A DNA stretch of 64,000 nt from Myxococcota bacterium. GTDB lineage: Bacteria; Myxococcota; UBA4151. Below are positions 20,235 through 31,282 of this stretch, one piece after another. The DNA lies in assembly GCA_040260805.1 (NCBI GenBank), contig JBDQPD010000003.1, positions 1 through 64,000 on the forward strand, written 5' to 3'. Position numbers and translations under genes: made by a program. The notes under the pieces were generated by a model. That model ran no database searches, was not told the origin of the DNA, and worked only from the letters and a program-made list of their open reading frames with translations. How positions within the stretch are numbered: position 1 is the first letter of the stretch; every line of letters begins with the position of its first letter.

Positions 20235-22201
20235 TCATGCGTTTAGAGATCGACGATCAAACGCTCAAAGATCGCATCACGCAGGTCATTCAACCCCTAG
20301 GCGAGGCGAACCTTTGCCTGCGGCTCTATCCTCACCCTCACAGCTTTCCGCCATCCAATGGACCGGTAGCTGCCTTGATTGTCGCGCCCGAAGGGGTCGC
20401 TCAAGCGGTCGCTGAAGAGGTGGACGAGCTGCTCTTTGTCGAGATGAAGGATTCGGATCTAGCACGCCGGCTTCAGCGCCTAGCGAATGCAAATCAAGAT
20501 GATGCAAGCAGCGACCTTGAGGCGCTGCAGCACCTGACTCGAGCGATGGCAACAAGCCGAGACCCTGCGGTGATTCTAAAACGCATCTCCAAGGCGCTCG
20601 CAGAGCGCATCGAATTTACCCGCTCAAGCATCCTGTTGTTCAACGTCGACGAAGGCCGGGCTCAGGTCATCACCGCAACCGATCGTGGTGATGACTCGGG
20701 GGACCCGCTTCATCTTGAGATCAACAAATACCCCGAGCTTCTCAAGCTGATTGAAACCCGCAACACGGTCGTGATCAACGACACCTCGATCGATCCTTTG
20801 ATGGACGCTGTGCGAGATGACGTCACCAGCGCCGGCGTCGGCGCTGCGGTTTTGTTTCCCCTGCTCTTTGAGGGCGACCTGATCGGCTGCGTGTTTCTTC
20901 GCCGCGCAGCCGGGCTTCCAGGGCCACGGACCGAGGCGCTTCGCTTTGGTGAGATCGTCGCTGGCGCCTGCGCCACGGCGCTTCATACCGCCAGGCTCTT
21001 GCGAACCGCTAGGCATCGACAGGTTCAAGCCACCCGGGCTCGAATGCTCGCCGAGTCTAAGCTCAAAGACTACGAACGCTTCGAGGAGTTTTTCGCTTAC
21101 GCGAGCGACGGGATGGCGGTTCTTGACGCCGAAGGCCGGTTCTTAGCGATCAACCCCGAAGGTCGGAAAATTCTCAGCTTTAGCGAAGAAGAGCTGCGTG
21201 AGCGACCGATTGCTCAAGTCGTTTCAACTCAAGACCAGACGGTCATTTCGAGGGTTGTCCGCGGCTTCAACCATAGAGTCTTTCCGCGCAACCTGCACAT
21301 CCGCGTGGTGACGGGTCGAGGCCAAGAGCGAACCATCAGCTTGAGCGCCGGTGGGCTGGGTGGTCAAAGCTCAGGCGTCATCGCTAGCTTTCGGGATGTG
21401 ACCGAAGCCACCATGCTTCAGCGCGAATTGACCGCCACCAAAGAGTTTTTAGAAAAGCTGGTTAATCGCACCGGAGACGGCATCGTATCGGCGCGTCTTG
21501 ATGGACAAATTATCCTCTTCAACAGCGCCGCAGAAGACATCTTCGGCCTTTCAGCGCGAGAGATGCTGTACAAAGAGCGCGCTGCGGAGCTGTTCACTGC
21601 GCTCGGCTGGCAGGACCTGGTGACCGAACTGCGCAGCTCAGGCGGCGTGGTCTCGAGCGCTCAGCGCACGATGCGGCATCAAAGCGGCCGCGATGTGATC
21701 GTTCGACTCGGCGCCTCCATGCTCTTTGAGGACAACCAAGAAGCAGCGGTCGTGATGTTGGTTCATGATATGAGCCAAGAGATGGCGCTGCGCGCAGAGA
21801 TTGACGAACAAACAGCTCAAGCAGGTGAGATCCAAGGGGCATTGCTCATGGCCGCTACCGCCGCTCATGAACTCAACCAGCCGCTGACCACCATCCTAGG
21901 CTTCGCCGATATGGCGATGCAGCAACTCGAAGCAGAGCACCGAGCACGCAGCGCGCTCAATCGTATTACAGAAGCAGCGGAGCGACTCGCCAAACGAGTC
22001 AGCGAGCTAGGGCGCCTAAAGCGGATCGTGACCCGCTCTTATGGCGACGGTGCGGAGATTGTCGATCTCGAGGCTTCCACCCGAACTCAAGTCCCAAGCT
22101 CAGCTTCGATCACCCACAGCGCAGACAGCGACGAGATCACGCAGACCAGCTTCCGAATCGCTGGACCTGCACCTATTCTTGACCCGGAGACTACCTCATG
22201 A
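20231..22201 (+). CDS. GAF-PAS-PAS-HisKA sensor lacking a HATPase domain
   Basis: GAF (VVIND...DPLM), two PAS domains (DGMAVLDAEGRFLAINP; DGIVSARLDGQIILFNSAAE), H-box AAHELNQPLTTILG. Only ~100 aa follow, with no N/G1/F/G2 boxes. Confidence 0.85.
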   Translation: MIMRLEIDDQTLKDRITQVIQPLGEANLCLRLYPHPHSFPPSNGPVAALIVAPEGVAQAVAEEVDELLFVEMKDSDLARRLQRLANANQDDASSDLEALQHLTRAMATSRDPAVILKRISKALAERIEFTRSSILLFNVDEGRAQVITATDRGDDSGDPLHLEINKYPELLKLIETRNTVVINDTSIDPLMDAVRDDVTSAGVGAAVLFPLLFEGDLIGCVFLRRAAGLPGPRTEALRFGEIVAGACATALHTARLLRTARHRQVQATRARMLAESKLKDYERFEEFFAYASDGMAVLDAEGRFLAINPEGRKILSFSEEELRERPIAQVVSTQDQTVISRVVRGFNHRVFPRNLHIRVVTGRGQERTISLSAGGLGGQSSGVIASFRDVTEATMLQRELTATKEFLEKLVNRTGDGIVSARLDGQIILFNSAAEDIFGLSAREMLYKERAAELFTALGWQDLVTELRSSGGVVSSAQRTMRHQSGRDVIVRLGASMLFEDNQEAAVVMLVHDMSQEMALRAEIDEQTAQAGEIQGALLMAATAAHELNQPLTTILGFADMAMQQLEAEHRARSALNRITEAAERLAKRVSELGRLKRIVTRSYGDGAEIVDLEASTRTQVPSSASITHSADSDEITQTSFRIAGPAPILDPETTS

Positions 22202-22959
22202 GGATTACCCTTGCTCTGCTCTCGCTCGCCCTTCCTGCTCACGCAGAGGACGCCAAAGCCTACGCGCAAAGAGTGCTCGATGCCGATGCGATGGGATGGA
22301 CCAAAGCCGAAGTCAAAATGCGCCTAACCATCACCGACAAAAAGAAGCGTCAAAAGGCTCGCGCTCTCGAGATCAAAGGCGCCACCCTCAAGGGCCGCGC
22401 GCACACCTTAGTACGCTTTGCTGAGCCAGCCGAGCTTGCCGGCACCGCCATGCTGATGCGCGAAGAGCCGGGCGGCTCAACAACTCAATTACTCTATCAG
22501 CCCACCTACGATAAAATCCGTCCGATCGGAGCGTCTTCAAAAAATGAGCGGTTTATGGGCACCGACTTTAGTTACTCGGATTTTGAAAAGCGTGACACCG
22601 ACGAGGGGCTGTATAGCTTCGGCAAAGACACCGCCTGCGGCAAAGCGATGTGTCGTGTGGTCCAGATCAAGCCTCAAAAAGGTCTCTTGAACAACGAATT
22701 CGGGCGCATCGAATTGCAAGTTCATCCCAAAGCGCAAGTCCCACTCCGGACACTCTTCTTCGCAAAAGACGGCACCACAATGGTCAAATCAATGACCGTT
22801 AATCGCCTGCGCAAGCACCAGGGTCGCTACGTGGTCTTTGCGGCGACGATGAAAGACGTCAACCGTGGATCCAAGACCCGAGTCGACGTCTTGAAGATCA
22901 ATTTCAATGCCCAATTCGGGCCAGCGGATTTCAGCGAAGCTGCCTTACGAGGGCAGTAA
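22198..22959 (+). CDS. Outer-membrane lipoprotein-sorting (LolA-like) periplasmic protein
   Basis: Signal peptide (AHA), F.EPAELAGTAML, FMGTDFSYSD, terminal FSEAAL typical of the LolA-like family. Confidence 0.8.
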   Translation: MRITLALLSLALPAHAEDAKAYAQRVLDADAMGWTKAEVKMRLTITDKKKRQKARALEIKGATLKGRAHTLVRFAEPAELAGTAMLMREEPGGSTTQLLYQPTYDKIRPIGASSKNERFMGTDFSYSDFEKRDTDEGLYSFGKDTACGKAMCRVVQIKPQKGLLNNEFGRIELQVHPKAQVPLRTLFFAKDGTTMVKSMTVNRLRKHQGRYVVFAATMKDVNRGSKTRVDVLKINFNAQFGPADFSEAALRGQ

Positions 22960-22970
22960 CGCGACCCCCC

Positions 22971-23007
22971 AAAACGACAACAGGCGCCCAATCATAGGCG
23001 CCTGCTG
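22971..23007 (-). terminator. Intrinsic terminator downstream of groEL (between convergent genes)
   Basis: Stem CAGGCGCC/GGCGCCTG (22981-23004) followed on minus by TTGTCGTTTT. Confidence 0.7.
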
Positions 23008-23031
23008 CACTGCGTTTGAATGAGCAGGGGC

Positions 23032-24690
<1,659 letters not shown>

Positions 24691-24710
24691 CTAAAGGCTT
24701 TGGGGTAATT

Positions 24711-25001
24711 TTATGCTTCAACTACAGCGAGGATGTCGTCCTCGCGCAGAATGATCAGTTCTTCGCCATCCAGCTTGATCTCGGTGCCCGAGTACTTGCT
24801 GAAAAGAATCTGGTCACCATCGGTGACCGTCAGAGCGCGCACGTCGCCCTTATCGTTAGTGCGGCCAGGGCCAGCGACAACCACCTCGCCACGCGCTTGT
24901 TTTTCTTGAGCGGTGTCGGGGATATAAAGACCTGAAGCAGTCTGTTGCTCGCCTTCGACGCGGCGCACAACCACTCGATCATGCAAAGGACGGATCTTCA
25001 T
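24711..25001 (-). CDS. groS: Co-chaperonin GroES
   Basis: [42 protein letters not shown]. Start taken as ATG 25001 behind GGAGA. Confidence 0.98.
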   Translation of the reverse strand: MKIRPLHDRVVVRRVEGEQQTASGLYIPDTAQEKQARGEVVVAGPGRTNDKGDVRALTVTDGDQILFSKYSGTEIKLDGEELIILREDDILAVVEA

Positions 25002-25088
25002 TATTTTCTCCAAATTTCAAAAGGCTATGCCAGTATTAATTTCTAATCTGCCTGCCGGGTACACAAGCGCCCCGACTCAAACAAGCGC

Positions 25089-25116
25089 AAAGTAAGCAAG
25101 GAGGCTGCTTTGGCAA
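25089..25116 (-). promoter_or_regulatory. Putative sigma-70-type promoter of groES
   Basis: Minus strand TTGCCA-N16-TACTTT just downstream of the tRNA terminator. Confidence 0.4.
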
Positions 25117-25121
25117 GCCCG

Positions 25122-25161
25122 AAAAACAAAGAAAGCGACGGCTTTTCAGCCGTCGCTCTTT
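25122..25161 (-). terminator. Intrinsic terminator after tRNA-Phe
   Basis: Stem AGCGACGGCT/AGCCGTCGCT with a 4-nt loop, followed on minus by TTCTTTGTTTTT. Confidence 0.8.
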
Positions 25162-25164
25162 GAA

Positions 25165-25240
25165 TGGTGCCTGGGGAGGGAATCGAACCCCCGACACGCG
25201 GATTTTCAATCCGCTGCTCTACCGACTGAGCTACCCAGGC
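25165..25240 (-). tRNA. tRNA-Phe (GAA)
   Basis: Reverse complement GCCTGGGTAGCTCAGTCGGTAGAGCAGCGGATTGAAAATCCGCGTGTCGGGGGTTCGATTCCCTCCCCAGGCACCA: 76-nt cloverleaf, GAA anticodon, encoded CCA. Confidence 0.98.
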
Positions 25241-25303
25241 GTCAGTAGGTCCAGCGCTCCTAGAAAGGTGGCCTAAGCTTTGTCAATCAGATTGCACTTA
25301 AAC

Positions 25304-25732
25304 TCAGGCGTAGCCGTGCCGCCGCAGGACCTCTCGGGCCCCTTGTATTTCATGCAATCGCTGCCGCATCTGCGCATGGTCTTCGGGTGGGTGTCGGTCT
25401 GGGTGTGCGTTAGCGAGGGCTCGCCTGATCATCTTCTTGAGGTCATCTCTCGCCGGCGGCGAAGCCAGGCCTAGCGCCATCAGCGCGGCCACGACTTCCA
25501 TGGGAAGCGCTTTGCGGGGAGCCCCACTCGGTGCTGGCTGCATCCAATCTGGAATTGCGCCGCCGAAAAGTGGGGGCGTCGGTTTTGGTGCGTGAGCGCG
25601 CGCCTCTGGCCGCGGCCGAGCGGGCTCAGGTTCTGGAGCGTCCGACCTGCTGCTTGGGATACGCCCAAGAACGAACAGCTGCTCGACATCAGAAAAAAAC
25701 GTCAACGTTTCGCGCCAGAGCCAACCCATCAA
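25304..25732 (-). CDS. Small protein with C-terminal J-domain (HPD)
   Basis: LGL......DLKKMIRRALANAHPDR...RLHEIQGAREVL matches the J-domain pattern, after a Pro-rich linker. Confidence 0.7.
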   Translation of the reverse strand: MMGWLWRETLTFFSDVEQLFVLGRIPSSRSDAPEPEPARPRPEARAHAPKPTPPLFGGAIPDWMQPAPSGAPRKALPMEVVAALMALGLASPPARDDLKKMIRRALANAHPDRHPPEDHAQMRQRLHEIQGAREVLRRHGYA

Positions 25733-26214
25733 GGGAAGCTCCCTCGCACAGAGCGCCCCTTCGTCGACCGTCCGCCCATCTGGGCATCTTGGTAACGGTT
25801 CGGGTCAGCACCCACAGCCTTCTTCACTCGAGCGTCTGGACCAAACCCCAAATCCATTTGTCCGTTTTGCGGCTGCAGGGATCCGCCAGGAATCGCGCGG
25901 TCCACCAAAGCGATGTACGTCGAGCCTCCACGTTTGCCCCAAATCACGACACCCTTTACCAGGATGACAGGTGCGGTTGGGTTTCTGCCGATGCGTCGCT
26001 CTTTGAGCGCAACCACATAAGTCAGCTGCTCCTCTTCAGTCTGCAGGCGGGCGCTCTTCCTTAGCCTCTTAGTGTACCAAGCCACGACTCGCTCAACCGA
26101 TTGGTCGACCCAATAGGTCTTCACCTCTTTGACCTGAGCGTCGCCAAATTTTTTGGCAACCGCTCCAGGGTAGGTTGGCAGATTAGCCATCAAGATTAGG
26201 GTCGCGATCATCAT
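25729..26214 (-). CDS. Hypothetical, possibly exported protein
   Basis: Short hydrophobic N-terminus, LPTYPGA...VERVVAWY motif, 4-nt overlap with the downstream J-domain gene. Confidence 0.65.
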   Translation of the reverse strand: MMIATLILMANLPTYPGAVAKKFGDAQVKEVKTYWVDQSVERVVAWYTKRLRKSARLQTEEEQLTYVVALKERRIGRNPTAPVILVKGVVIWGKRGGSTYIALVDRAIPGGSLQPQNGQMDLGFGPDARVKKAVGADPNRYQDAQMGGRSTKGRSVRGSFP

Positions 26215-26320
26215 AGCCTATTAAACGGCACCCCTTTGCGAATTCCAAGGGCCCGATATCCCGATGAGTTTTTTGCTCTGCCGTGCGGCTGATGCCAGCT
26301 TAGCGCTCAGGAGCTAAACC

Positions 26321-26572
26321 ATGGGTGAATTGATCGATCTATCGCTGCTTCGTCGAGCCTATCGGATTCTCGATAATTTTGTCGGTGATGGCTTAGATTT
26401 ACCTCGTGATGAGCAAGGTGGCGCCTGTACCGACCTGATCGATCAGACCATCGCGTGGTGCTGTGATTGGTTGCAGCGTCGCGGCGGTCGTTCGCCATCA
26501 GCAGCAGAGCAAAGAGCGATGCGCCGCCACTTGCTCAACCTGCTTGAAACTCGGCTTGGTCAAGCGCTCTAG
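26321..26572 (+). CDS. Small hypothetical protein convergent on dnaA
   Basis: Good RBS (CAGGAG) before the ATG. Fills the gap, and its stop overlaps the dnaA stop. Confidence 0.6.
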   Translation: MGELIDLSLLRRAYRILDNFVGDGLDLPRDEQGGACTDLIDQTIAWCCDWLQRRGGRSPSAAEQRAMRRHLLNLLETRLGQAL

Positions 26573-27990
26573 CCGATATCCTTTTGTAAGCGACGCTTGA
26601 GAGCGTCTCGCTGAGCGGCTCCGTCTTTGCCGCTGACCAGATCACTGTAGCGAGCGAGCGTGTGGTGAATAGTCGAGTGATCTCGGCCGAGCAATTGACC
26701 GATCTCCGTCTGACTCGCTGGCGTCATGTCACGCACCAGACCCGCGATCCAAATCCGCGCCTGCACCAAGCGGCGTGTGCGCCCTTTGCCTCGGACGGCA
26801 GAAAATTCGACGTCGAGCAAACCCGCCACCGCGCGCGCTATTTGATCAGGGCTCTGGTGCAAGCGTCGAGCCTGCACATCACCAAACATCTCTTGAGCCA
26901 ATTCAACCGTGATCTCTGGTGCGCTGCGAAGCTCCGCACGAAGCACTAGGCGCTTAACGGCGCCCACTAAATCACGTGTGTTGTCGCAATAAAGCTCTGC
27001 CAAGAGTTCAGCGACCCCTCGAGGTACCTGATGATAACCATGGCTAATCGCCTCAGCTGCTGATTGAGCAATCGCGACTCGGGTCTCAAACAAAGGCGGC
27101 TGCACTTCGACCACTAAACCGCCGCTCATGCGCGAGCGCAGTCGCTCTGGCAGCCCCTTGATTTGATCAGGCGGGAGGTCCGATGTGAACGCCAGCCGCG
27201 CACCGCGCGCTTGATGCCAATTGAACAGATTGAACAGCTCACCAAGCGAGTGCTCTTTGCCTGATAAGAGCTGAACATCATCGACCAGTAAGATGGCGCC
27301 CTCAAGCTGAACGCCGCGCCGAAAGAGCTGCATTCTTTGCTTGCGAATATGATCGATCACCAAGGTGACGAACTCATCGCCATTAAAGAACAACACAGGC
27401 GTGTTTGGGTTGCGCGCTTTGATCGCGTTACCGATTGCGCTCAAAAGATGCGTTTTGCCCGTGCCGCTGTGACCATAGATGTACAAAGGATTAAACCGAG
27501 TACCGCCTTTGCTGGCAAACGATTTGGCGGCAAAGAACGCTTCATCATTGCTCGAGTCAGCCATAAACGCATCGAAACTCATCGCCGAATCAAGCGGCGA
27601 TCCGTATTCGTGGGCGCTCGGCTTTTTAGGCTTCGTGCTCGGCGATTTTGGTGCCGCGGATGGGGTCGCTGCGAACAAGGGCAGCTCTTGATCCGACGGG
27701 TTCACCTCAGCGATTTCAGGGTGATATTCGATAGCCAGATCGGTCACCGGCTGGTCCCAGCGCTTACCCAGGTGCTCAAGAATCATCGGGAGATAGTTTT
27801 CAACCACACGAACCATCAACTCGTTCTTTGGGGTGAGCACCAAAATCCCGCCTGTTTCGCTGACCGCATGCAGTGAACTCAGAAGCGTTCGGCTTGCGTC
27901 GTGAAGATCAGGGGAAGCCTGAATCACCTCGTCAACAAAGCGCTTCCAGCGGTCCTGAAGAGTCAGCGTAGAATTCACGAGCGAGAACAT
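26569..27990 (-). CDS. dnaA: Chromosomal replication initiator DnaA (divergent)
   Basis: FNPLYIYGHSGTGKTHLL, LLVDDVQ, RLRSR..GGL, domain IV EIG..LGRDHST. Divergent from rpmH as in the canonical locus. Confidence 0.92.
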   Translation of the reverse strand: MFSLVNSTLTLQDRWKRFVDEVIQASPDLHDASRTLLSSLHAVSETGGILVLTPKNELMVRVVENYLPMILEHLGKRWDQPVTDLAIEYHPEIAEVNPSDQELPLFAATPSAAPKSPSTKPKKPSAHEYGSPLDSAMSFDAFMADSSNDEAFFAAKSFASKGGTRFNPLYIYGHSGTGKTHLLSAIGNAIKARNPNTPVLFFNGDEFVTLVIDHIRKQRMQLFRRGVQLEGAILLVDDVQLLSGKEHSLGELFNLFNWHQARGARLAFTSDLPPDQIKGLPERLRSRMSGGLVVEVQPPLFETRVAIAQSAAEAISHGYHQVPRGVAELLAELYCDNTRDLVGAVKRLVLRAELRSAPEITVELAQEMFGDVQARRLHQSPDQIARAVAGLLDVEFSAVRGKGRTRRLVQARIWIAGLVRDMTPASQTEIGQLLGRDHSTIHHTLARYSDLVSGKDGAAQRDALKRRLQKDIG

Positions 27991-28128
27991 CCCCTAGCGG
28001 AGCGAGCACATAACGCGCCCTGCCTTGGCCGGCAAAGAGATTAGCTCTTTGGCTAAAGCGGCGCCTAGCCCAACGGGCTCACATGCCTGAGGGTGGCCAG
28101 GTCAAGCCGCCAAGACAGAGTATTTTTG

Positions 28129-28157
28129 TTGACCCTCCTCGCGGCCACCATTAGAGG
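28129..28157 (+). promoter_or_regulatory. Putative sigma-70 promoter of rpmH
   Basis: T-rich tract, then TTGACC-N17-TAGAGG, about 30 nt before the ATG. Confidence 0.5.
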
Positions 28158-28187
28158 GCACAGCCCTTTGATTTCGGGAGTTTGAAG

Positions 28188-28337
28188 ATGAAGCGCACTT
28201 ATCAGCCCAGTCGCATTCGCCGCGCTCGTCGCCACGGATTTCGCTCCCGCATGGCAACCGCCGATGGCCGTAAGGTCCTCGCTCGGCGCCGGGCCAAGGG
28301 CCGCAAGCGCCTAACGGTCAAGCTCTACACGAAGTGA
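28188..28337 (+). CDS. rpmH: 50S ribosomal protein L34
   Basis: Manual translation [49 protein letters not shown] (49 aa, too short for the ORF track). Confidence 0.98.
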   Translation: MKRTYQPSRIRRARRHGFRSRMATADGRKVLARRRAKGRKRLTVKLYTK

Positions 28338-28699
28338 GCCACTCGGAGCTTGGGTTCGCTCGGCGCTTTCGGCTGCGAAAACGCAAGCACTTCCTACGCA
28401 CTCAACGACGCGGTCAGCGGATTAACGCCGGCCGTGTCTTTGTCTTTATGGCCGCTCACAGAGCAACGGACAGCCGGTTCGGATTTACCGTGTCAAAGAA
28501 GGTTGGTGGGGCTGTGGTTCGCAACCGTGTGCGTCGACGACTCAAAGAGATCGTCCGTTTGAATCGGCATGCTTTTCCTGAACGACATTGCTTTGTCATC
28601 ATCGCGCGGCCAGAAGCCGCTCAAGCTGACTTTGACAGCCTCAGACATGATTTACTGAGCGTCGCCGAAAAGGCGCAACGCAAACAAAGGACACCATGA
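28334..28699 (+). CDS. rnpA: Ribonuclease P protein component
   Basis: [25 protein letters not shown] (RNR motif). GTGA overlap with rpmH. Confidence 0.96.
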   Translation: MSHSELGFARRFRLRKRKHFLRTQRRGQRINAGRVFVFMAAHRATDSRFGFTVSKKVGGAVVRNRVRRRLKEIVRLNRHAFPERHCFVIIARPEAAQADFDSLRHDLLSVAEKAQRKQRTP

Positions 28700-30387
28700 G
28701 CGACTTTCGGGACCCCGCCCAAAAGGCGACTGAAAATAAGCGAATGATGATTGCCATGGGTGTCTCCATGGGCGTGCTCATGCTTTGGAATAGTCTGTTT
28801 CCGGCGCCCATGCCGAGCCAATCAGAGGCTGCTGAACCTCAAACCGAACAGGTGGCTCAGCCCACACCCGACGAGGCGCCCGTCGCCGTCGCCGAGGAGC
28901 AGCCTGCCGATCCCGCACCAAACGAGGCTCAAGGCGAAGTCCCTGCTGAAGCGGTCGCTCCTAAGGCGGCGCTCCCGGAGCAGACCCATCAACTCCAAGA
29001 TGAGAAACGCCAAGTCACCCTATCCAACTTAGGCGCTCGACCCAGCGCGATCTTCCTCGTCGATGAGGCGCACGGTAAAATTTACAAAGAACCGGGCAAC
29101 GAAGAAGAGCGGCCACGGGTTGATCTGGCTGGAAACCGAGCGGACTTTGGAGCGCTGAAACTCCCCGGGCTCAAGCCAAAGACCTGGTCCGTCATCAAAG
29201 CCGACGACAAGTCCGTGGTCTACGGCACCCAAGCCGGCGCGCTCGAGCTCAGGCGAACGTGGACCCTCGGTGAGTACGGGCTGAGCCACAGCTTGACCAT
29301 GACCGCCAAACAAGCGGTCAAAGGCCAGGCTCATCTGAGCCTGAGCATGCAAGATCCGCTTTCAGGCGGGTCAATGTTTAGCGGACCGCCCGATCTCCCG
29401 CGCAGTCTTTGCCACTCAGGCGAAGAGCTTACCGCAAGCTTTGCGAGCGATCTCAACGACAAAGATGAGCCCAATCCAAAGGTACAAAAACCTCACTTCT
29501 TTGGGGTTGATCGGAACTTCTTTGCAGTCCTCTTTACCGGTGAAGAGATCGAAGAGTGCGCTCTTGATCTTCGCCAAATCCCTGGCGTCGAAGAGGATAA
29601 GCCCACGGACATCGTCGTGGTGAACGCGTCGCGAGCCGTCGAGCTTGCAGCAGGCGAGACCCAGACCTGGAACAACACCCTTTACCTGCTGCCTAAGAGC
29701 GACGAATTGCTGGCTTCGGTCGACCCGAAACTCCGGGACACGATCGACTTTGGTATCTTCAAATTCATCGCTCAGCCGATGCTGTGGCTGCTGACCTTCT
29801 ACTTCTCGCTTCTGGGCAACTACGGCTTAGCGATCATCTTGCTGACCTTTACGGTCAAACTCCTGCTCTGGCCGATCACCGATATGAGTTTCCGATCGAT
29901 GGCTCGGATGAAAGAGGTCCAGCCAGAACTGAGCAAGCTTCGAGAGAAGTATAAGGCCGATAAGCAGATGCTCGCGCAAAAGCAGATGGAGTTGTTCAAA
30001 GAGCGCGGCGTCAACCCCGCTGGCGGCTGCTTTCCGATGCTCTTGCAAATTCCGGTGTGGTTCGCTCTGTACTCGACCTTACGAGTGGCTGTTGAGCTCT
30101 ACGGTAGCCCCTTCATACCGGGCTGGCTCGATGACCTCACCTTAGCTGACCCTTACTACATCCTGCCGGTGCTGCTTGGGATCGTCTTCTTCATGCAACA
30201 AAAACTGCAACCGCAGATGAGTGACAACCCGCAGCAACAAATGATGATGAAGGTCATGCCCTTGATGATGACCGTCTTCATGGTCGCGCTGCCTTCGGGG
30301 CTTGTCGTTTATATTCTGGTCAACACCATCTTAGGAATTGGTCACCAGTTCTACGCGATCAAGCGAGATGCAAAGCCAGCCGCTTAA
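28696..30387 (+). CDS. yidC: Membrane protein insertase YidC
   Basis: IDFG, GNYGLAIILLT, GGCFPMLLQIP, DPYYILP, LPSGLVVY. Canonical position after rnpA. Confidence 0.96.
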   Translation: MSDFRDPAQKATENKRMMIAMGVSMGVLMLWNSLFPAPMPSQSEAAEPQTEQVAQPTPDEAPVAVAEEQPADPAPNEAQGEVPAEAVAPKAALPEQTHQLQDEKRQVTLSNLGARPSAIFLVDEAHGKIYKEPGNEEERPRVDLAGNRADFGALKLPGLKPKTWSVIKADDKSVVYGTQAGALELRRTWTLGEYGLSHSLTMTAKQAVKGQAHLSLSMQDPLSGGSMFSGPPDLPRSLCHSGEELTASFASDLNDKDEPNPKVQKPHFFGVDRNFFAVLFTGEEIEECALDLRQIPGVEEDKPTDIVVVNASRAVELAAGETQTWNNTLYLLPKSDELLASVDPKLRDTIDFGIFKFIAQPMLWLLTFYFSLLGNYGLAIILLTFTVKLLLWPITDMSFRSMARMKEVQPELSKLREKYKADKQMLAQKQMELFKERGVNPAGGCFPMLLQIPVWFALYSTLRVAVELYGSPFIPGWLDDLTLADPYYILPVLLGIVFFMQQKLQPQMSDNPQQQMMMKVMPLMMTVFMVALPSGLVVYILVNTILGIGHQFYAIKRDAKPAA

Positions 30388-31282
30388 AGACGCCCTGGCG
30401 CGCCGAGCGCAGCGGGCGAGGCAAAATAAAGAAGTCTGTCGCTTAGTCGCCGGCCGAGCTGATCATCTCGATGGCTTGGTGATTGATCGCCTTGGTGACT
30501 TTGGCTTTGGGACACTGAGTCAAGCGAAGCTGCCCGTCTCGATCGCTGATTTAGAGAGCTTGGTCTCTAAGCTAGGCTTGCACGGGCTGACCCTTCGCCA
30601 GCGTCAAAAGGGCGGTCGCGGTGAAGAGCTGCTGCATTTGGGCGACCCCCTGCCCGAGCGCATTGAGCTTCGCGAGGGGCTTGCGCATGTGGTGCTGCGT
30701 ATCCACCCTGACAGCTTGAGTTATGGCTTGTTTCCTGACCTTCGGCGTGAGCGACTTACACTAAGCGATCAGCCCAACCCGGGCTCCGTACTCAATCTAT
30801 ACGCCTACAGCGGCCTGTTTGGGATTCACGCAGCGCTAGCCGGAGCAGAGCGAGTCATTCAGGTCGACGCGCTCAAAAGTACCTTAGCGATGATCCGCGC
30901 CAACGAAGAGGCGAACCAAATTCAAACCACGCGCCTTTGCGAGGATGCCCTAACCTACTGCCAACGAGCCGCTCGGCGCGGCGAGCGTTTTGATCTCGTG
31001 ATTCATGACCCACCAACCTTCGGGCGAACCCCCAAAGGTAAGTCGAGAAACCTCAAGAGTTCTTTGGTTGAGCTGCTTCAGGCTAGTATGGACGTCGTGG
31101 CCGATGGTGGGCGACTACTCAGCGTCGTCAACATCAACTCGATCTCTTCTCGCCATGTGGCTGAGGCGCATCGAGTTGCAGCTGATCAAGCTGGTGTTAG
31201 ACTGACCAAACAGCGCCCGCTTAAAGTCGCCGCCGATGCGCCTAGCGAGCTCAAAGGTGGTTGGTATAAATTACGACGCTAA
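30368..31282 (+). CDS. Class I SAM-dependent methyltransferase, RlmI/RlmK-like
   Basis: D.LDGLVIDR, GLFPDLR..R, VLNLYAYSG.F...A..AGA, FDLVIHDPPTF. Confidence 0.8.
   Translation: MQSQPLKDALARRAQRARQNKEVCRLVAGRADHLDGLVIDRLGDFGFGTLSQAKLPVSIADLESLVSKLGLHGLTLRQRQKGGRGEELLHLGDPLPERIELREGLAHVVLRIHPDSLSYGLFPDLRRERLTLSDQPNPGSVLNLYAYSGLFGIHAALAGAERVIQVDALKSTLAMIRANEEANQIQTTRLCEDALTYCQRAARRGERFDLVIHDPPTFGRTPKGKSRNLKSSLVELLQASMDVVADGGRLLSVVNINSISSRHVAEAHRVAADQAGVRLTKQRPLKVAADAPSELKGGWYKLRR

Noticed and set aside
26225..26240. CGGCACCCCTTTGCG as a sigma-54 promoter for the 83-aa ORF
   Set aside because: GG-to-GC spacing is 9 nt rather than the strictly required 10.
25165..26572. tRNA-Phe as the integration site of an island
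   Set aside because: No integrase and no duplicated tRNA 3' end seen; the tRNA 3' side leads directly to a terminator and groES.
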